Of a stretch of 64,000 nt of DNA, positions 59,245-64,000 are shown one piece after another. Under the pieces are notes generated by a model, which saw nothing but the letters and a program-made list of their open reading frames with translations, was not told the DNA's origin and made no database searches. The stretch is from an uncultured bacterium (GTDB lineage Bacteria; Krumholzibacteriota; Krumholzibacteriia; JACNKJ01): positions 92,051 to 156,050 of the forward strand of contig CAYNQX010000002.1 of NCBI GenBank assembly GCA_964399495.1, written 5' to 3'. Every line of letters starts with the position of its first letter. Position 1 is the first letter of the stretch. A program made the translations under genes and the position numbers.

Positions 59245-60254
59245 GCTTGACCGCGATCATCCCGGCGGCGGGTGTCGGCACCCGCCTGCGTCCGCACACC
59301 CACAGCACTCCCAAGGCGCTGCTGCCCGTGGCGGGCAAGCCCGTGCTGGCCCATATCCTCGACCAGATCGTGGCCGTGGGCGTGGACCGCGTCGTCCTGG
59401 TGCTCGGCTATCACGGCGACCAGATCGCCGAGTGGGTGGCCGGCGCCTATCCCGATCTCGCCCTGGACAGCGTCCATCAGGCCGAACGCCTCGGGCTCGG
59501 TCACGCGATCTTCCAGGCCCTCGAACAGGCCAAGGGGGGCGCGGGCATCCGGGAGGGACGCGGTCTGATCGTGCTGGGCGACACCATCGTCCAGGCCGAC
59601 TTCGAAGGCCTCCTGGCCTCCCCGGGGCACGCCATGGGCGTGAAGGAGGTGCCCGACCCCAGACGCTTCGGCGTGGCGGTGACCGAGGGCGACCGCATCG
59701 TCGACCTGGAGGAGAAGCCCACCGAGCCGCGGAGCAACCTGGCCCTGGTGGGGCTCTACGCCTTCCGCGACCTGGGCGTGCTGCACGAGGGACTGCGCCG
59801 GCTCATCGATGAGGATCGGAAGACCCGCGGCGAGTACCAGCTCACCGACGCCCTCCAGTGGATGATCGACAGCGGCGAGCACCTTTCGCCCTTCGGTATC
59901 GAGGGCTGGTTCGACGTGGGCAAGGAGGAGACCTGGCTCGAGACCAACAGCGCGCTCCTCGGTGGCGACGACGCCCCCGCCGCGAAGAACGGGGTGGTGT
60001 TGCACCAGCCGGTGCACGTGCCCGCGTCGGCGGAACTCTCCGGTTGCGAGCTCGGCCCCAACGTGAGCCTCGGAGAGGATGTGCGAATCCACGACTCCCG
60101 CATCGAGAATTCGGTTGTCGGTTCGGCCTCCGTCGTGACAGATTCCCGGGTCAGGGACTCGCTCATCGGAGCCCATTGCCGGGTCGACCATTTCCGTGGC
60201 CGCCTCAACCTCGGCGACCACAGTACTGCCAGCGGCGAATCCGCCGATAACTAG
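59241..60254 (+). CDS. sugar-1-phosphate nucleotidyltransferase (NDP-sugar pyrophosphorylase) with a C-terminal left-handed beta-helix
   Basis: [15 protein letters not shown]…KALLPV nucleotidyltransferase motif; hexapeptide-repeat C-terminus; 4-nt overlap with the preceding gene. Confidence 0.75.
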   Translation: MSLTAIIPAAGVGTRLRPHTHSTPKALLPVAGKPVLAHILDQIVAVGVDRVVLVLGYHGDQIAEWVAGAYPDLALDSVHQAERLGLGHAIFQALEQAKGGAGIREGRGLIVLGDTIVQADFEGLLASPGHAMGVKEVPDPRRFGVAVTEGDRIVDLEEKPTEPRSNLALVGLYAFRDLGVLHEGLRRLIDEDRKTRGEYQLTDALQWMIDSGEHLSPFGIEGWFDVGKEETWLETNSALLGGDDAPAAKNGVVLHQPVHVPASAELSGCELGPNVSLGEDVRIHDSRIENSVVGSASVVTDSRVRDSLIGAHCRVDHFRGRLNLGDHSTASGESADN

Positions 60255-60267
60255 CCGGAGGATCAAC

Positions 60268-61437
<1,170 letters not shown>

Positions 61438-61455
61438 AGAAACGAGGAGAGCGAC

Positions 61456-62724
61456 ATGAGTACTCAGACCCGCTACAAGGTGGCCGACCTGGCCCTGGCC
61501 GCCGCCGGCCGCAAGCGCATCGAGTGGGCCGAGAGCCGCATGCCCGTGATGATGCACCTGCGCGAGAAGTTCGCGAAGACCCGTCCCTTCGAGGGCCACC
61601 TCATCGCGGGCTGCCTGCACGTCACCAAGGAGACCGCCGTCCTGGTGGAGACTCTGATCGCCGCCGGCGCCAAGGTGGCCTGGTCGGGCTGCAACCCGCT
61701 TTCCACCAACGACGAGGTGGCCGCGGCCCTGGCCGCGAACGACGTGCCGATCTACGCCTGGCACGGCATGAACACCGAGGAGTTCTACTGGGCCATCGAC
61801 CAGTGCCTGGAGTCCGATCCCACCCTGACCCTCGACGACGGCGCCGACCTGATCTTCACGGCCCACAAGCGCTTCCCCGAGCTCTGCGACCGCGTGCACG
61901 GCGGCACCGAGGAGACGACCACGGGCGTGCACCGCCTGCGCGCCATGGCCGCCGACGGCAAGCTGCGCTATCCGGTGGTGGCCGTGAACGACGCCGTCAC
62001 CAAGTGGGACTTCGACAACGTCTACGGCACCGGCCAGTCGAGCATCGACGGCATCCTGCGCGCCACCAGCATCCTGCTCGCCGGCAAGAAGTTCGTCGTG
62101 GCGGGCTACGGCCACTGCGGCCGCGGCGTCGCCATGCGCGCCCGCGGCATGGGCGCCCAGGTGTACGTGACCGAGGTCAAGCCCACCGCCGCGCTGAAGG
62201 CCACCCTCGAGGGCTTCGAGGTGCTCACCATGGACGAGGCCGCGAAGATCGGCGACGTGTTCATCACCGCCACCGGCATGAAGGACATCATCGTCGACCG
62301 CCACTTCGCCTCCATGAAGGACGGCGCCGTGGTGTGCAACACCGGCCACTACGACTGCGAGCTCAACCTCGAGCAGCTCGGCGAGCTGGCGGACGGGGAT
62401 CCCGAGGAGATCCGCGCCAACAACGAGCGCTACGACCTGCCGGGCGGCAACCGGATCTTCGTGCTGGCCAAGGGCCGTCTCGTGAACCTGGCGGCGGCCG
62501 AGGGGCACCCGTCGGAGGTCATGGACATGTCCTTCGCCAACCAGTTCATGAGCCTGCTCTGGATGTCCAGGGACGGCAAGAACATGGAGAAGACGGTCCA
62601 CGACATCACCGAGGAGCAGGACGAGGAGATCGGCGCCCTGAAGCTGCGCACGCTCGGCCTTGCGATCGACAAGCTGACGCCCGAGCAGATCGCCTACGCC
62701 GACGACTACTCCGCGGGCACCTAG
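61456..62724 (+). CDS. ahcY: adenosylhomocysteinase
   Basis: 422 aa; SAHH signature regions including the NAD-binding VAGYGHCGRGVA. Confidence 0.95.
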   Translation: MSTQTRYKVADLALAAAGRKRIEWAESRMPVMMHLREKFAKTRPFEGHLIAGCLHVTKETAVLVETLIAAGAKVAWSGCNPLSTNDEVAAALAANDVPIYAWHGMNTEEFYWAIDQCLESDPTLTLDDGADLIFTAHKRFPELCDRVHGGTEETTTGVHRLRAMAADGKLRYPVVAVNDAVTKWDFDNVYGTGQSSIDGILRATSILLAGKKFVVAGYGHCGRGVAMRARGMGAQVYVTEVKPTAALKATLEGFEVLTMDEAAKIGDVFITATGMKDIIVDRHFASMKDGAVVCNTGHYDCELNLEQLGELADGDPEEIRANNERYDLPGGNRIFVLAKGRLVNLAAAEGHPSEVMDMSFANQFMSLLWMSRDGKNMEKTVHDITEEQDEEIGALKLRTLGLAIDKLTPEQIAYADDYSAGT

Positions 62725-62736
62725 GAGCGGCGACGC

Positions 62737-63141
62737 GTGCCGATGCTGCCGGCGTGGCTGCTCGTGGGGCTGGGAGGCTTTCTCGGTTCCGTGCTGCGCT
62801 ACGGGATCGGCGGTCTGATCCAGCGCTTGGCGCCGTCCGAACAGTACTTCTTCATGGGAACCCTGGGCGTGAACGTCCTGGGTTCCTTCTTTATCGGGCT
62901 ACTCGGCGGCCTCGCCGAGAGCCGGGGGCTTCTCGGCCTCGAGGCGAGAATGCTGCTGCTGGTAGGGCTCCTCGGCGGCTTCACCACCTTTTCCGCCTTC
63001 AGCTACCAGACCCTGCAGCTCGCGCGCGGCGGGCAGTGGGGGCTGGCCGCACTGAACGTGACGGCCCAGCTCCTACTCGGCCTGGTGGCGGTGTGGTTCG
63101 GCTGGTATCTGGGGAGCTCGGGAAGGCTGCACATCGGTTGA
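62737..63141 (+). CDS. crcB: fluoride ion channel CrcB/Fluc
   Basis: 134 aa, four TM helices; conserved GxxGxxxRY (GGFLGSVLRY) and TTFSAFS motifs; only 12 nt after ahcY. Confidence 0.85.
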   Translation: MPMLPAWLLVGLGGFLGSVLRYGIGGLIQRLAPSEQYFFMGTLGVNVLGSFFIGLLGGLAESRGLLGLEARMLLLVGLLGGFTTFSAFSYQTLQLARGGQWGLAALNVTAQLLLGLVAVWFGWYLGSSGRLHIG

Positions 63142-63172
63142 TTTCACCGTGATGCCCTGAGCCCCTGGCGGA

Positions 63173-63227
63173 GCGAATGCTCTCGGAAAGCGCCTCACGT
63201 CCGTGCGAAGCGTCCGAGAGCATTCGC
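63173..63227. other. perfect 15-bp inverted repeat with a 25-nt loop between convergent crcB and lptF/G
   Basis: GCGAATGCTCTCGGA … TCCGAGAGCATTCGC; no U-tract on either side. Confidence 0.5.
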
Positions 63228-63235
63228 GGAGCACC

Positions 63236-64000
63236 TTAGCGGGAAGCCCGCACCAGCAGCGCCAATCCCACGACAAGGAACACGATGTCGCCCACCCAGG
63301 CCGCGAGCAGGGGCGGGAGCATGTGATTGTGCCCCAGGGAGAGGCCGAGGCGGAGAAAGATCAGGTAGACGAAGGCGATGCCCACGGTGAGCCCGAAGCC
63401 GGCGGCCATCGAGATGCGCCGTTTCGAGGCGCTGAGCGCGGCGCCCAGCATCACGATCACCAGGTTGGCCCAGGGGAAGCTGGCCTTCACGTGGAGGTCG
63501 ACCCAGAGCCTGTCGGCGTCCTCGCCGGAGCGGGTCTGCGTGAGGATATAGGTGCGCAGCTCGCGGTAGTCCATGGCCTCGGGCTTCTTCTCCTCGCTGC
63601 TGAAGTCCTCGGGTTTCTCCCTGAGCGTCTCCATGTCGAGGTTCTCGAAGTGGAAGCTGCCGGACTCGGGGCGCTCCTGTCCGTCGCCGGCGGGCAACAG
63701 GTGCCGGTTGCCCTCCACCAGGCGCCAGTGGTTCCCGTTCCAGAAGGCGTGGCGGGCGACGGTGTACTCGCGCAGTCGACTGCCGTCGTAGCGCAGCAGC
63801 ACGAGGTTCTCGAAACGCTGCTGGGTGACGTAGTAGGTCTCCGCCCAGTAGATCGTGCCGTCCGCGCCGATCTTGTGCACGAGGCGCCTCACGGCGCGGT
63901 CCGCGCGGGGCTCCTGGCGCAGCTCGTACTTCTGCAGCTCCTCCAGAGCGAGGTTGCTGCGGGTGACGATGCGGTCGTTGAAGTAGTAGCTGCCGATGCT
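63236..64000 (-). CDS. LptF/LptG-family LPS export permease, C-terminal part (gene continues past the window end)
   Basis: Frame stays open to position 64000 upstream of the listed GTG; C-terminal TM helices (…AAGFGLTVGIAFVYLIFLRLG…VGDIVFLVVGLALL) preceded by a periplasmic jellyroll-like segment. Confidence 0.7.
   Translation of the reverse strand, partial: SIGSYYFNDRIVTRSNLALEELQKYELRQEPRADRAVRRLVHKIGADGTIYWAETYYVTQQRFENLVLLRYDGSRLREYTVARHAFWNGNHWRLVEGNRHLLPAGDGQERPESGSFHFENLDMETLREKPEDFSSEEKKPEAMDYRELRTYILTQTRSGEDADRLWVDLHVKASFPWANLVIVMLGAALSASKRRISMAAGFGLTVGIAFVYLIFLRLGLSLGHNHMLPPLLAAWVGDIVFLVVGLALLVRASR

Noticed and set aside
62725-62736. Looked for a fluoride (crcB motif) riboswitch ahead of crcB
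   Set aside because: Only 12 nt of spacer; no room for the ~50-60-nt aptamer

Overview
This is a very high-GC stretch of bacterial chromosome, roughly two-thirds G+C by eye (not computed). It is densely packed with housekeeping genes and has no transposases, integrases, CRISPR arrays, rRNA or tRNA genes. About 60 protein genes are supportable; many long ORFs on opposite strands or alternate frames are high-GC artefacts and were discarded.

Gene content: purine biosynthesis (purM; purL-purQ-tandem purS-purF; purB), cell-envelope functions (lnt, an M23 peptidase, an Omp85-like protein, two SppA paralogs, HtrA, TldD/PmbA, kdsC-lptC-like-lptB and the C-terminus of lptF/G), translation and RNA functions (prmA, truA, trmB, truD, rng, rplU-rpmA, a pcnB-like nucleotidyltransferase, alaX-like), pyrG, and metK-ahcY-crcB.

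The most unusual region is a same-strand locus: rpoN, hpf, hprK, a mannose-family EIIA and EIIB, a GH57 alpha-glucan enzyme, ptsH, ptsI, a PGI/PMI isomerase and an NDP-sugar pyrophosphorylase. The window contains no EIIC/EIID permease, so this looks like a regulatory phosphotransferase system tied to sigma-54, ribosome hibernation and glucan/sugar-nucleotide metabolism.

Other points worth a second look: an outer-membrane beta-barrel gene in a low-GC island that is interrupted by an in-frame TAG; a TolB-like lipoprotein with a calcium-binding-like acidic tandem repeat; a SppA (67K type) with a roughly 330-aa N-terminal beta-barrel-like extension; a candidate attenuator in the pyrG leader; a fused tandem PurS; and several strong hairpins.

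A secreted metallophosphoesterase carries a T9SS-type C-terminal sorting domain, which suggests an FCB-group-like lineage (inference). No obvious defence or mobile system was found.
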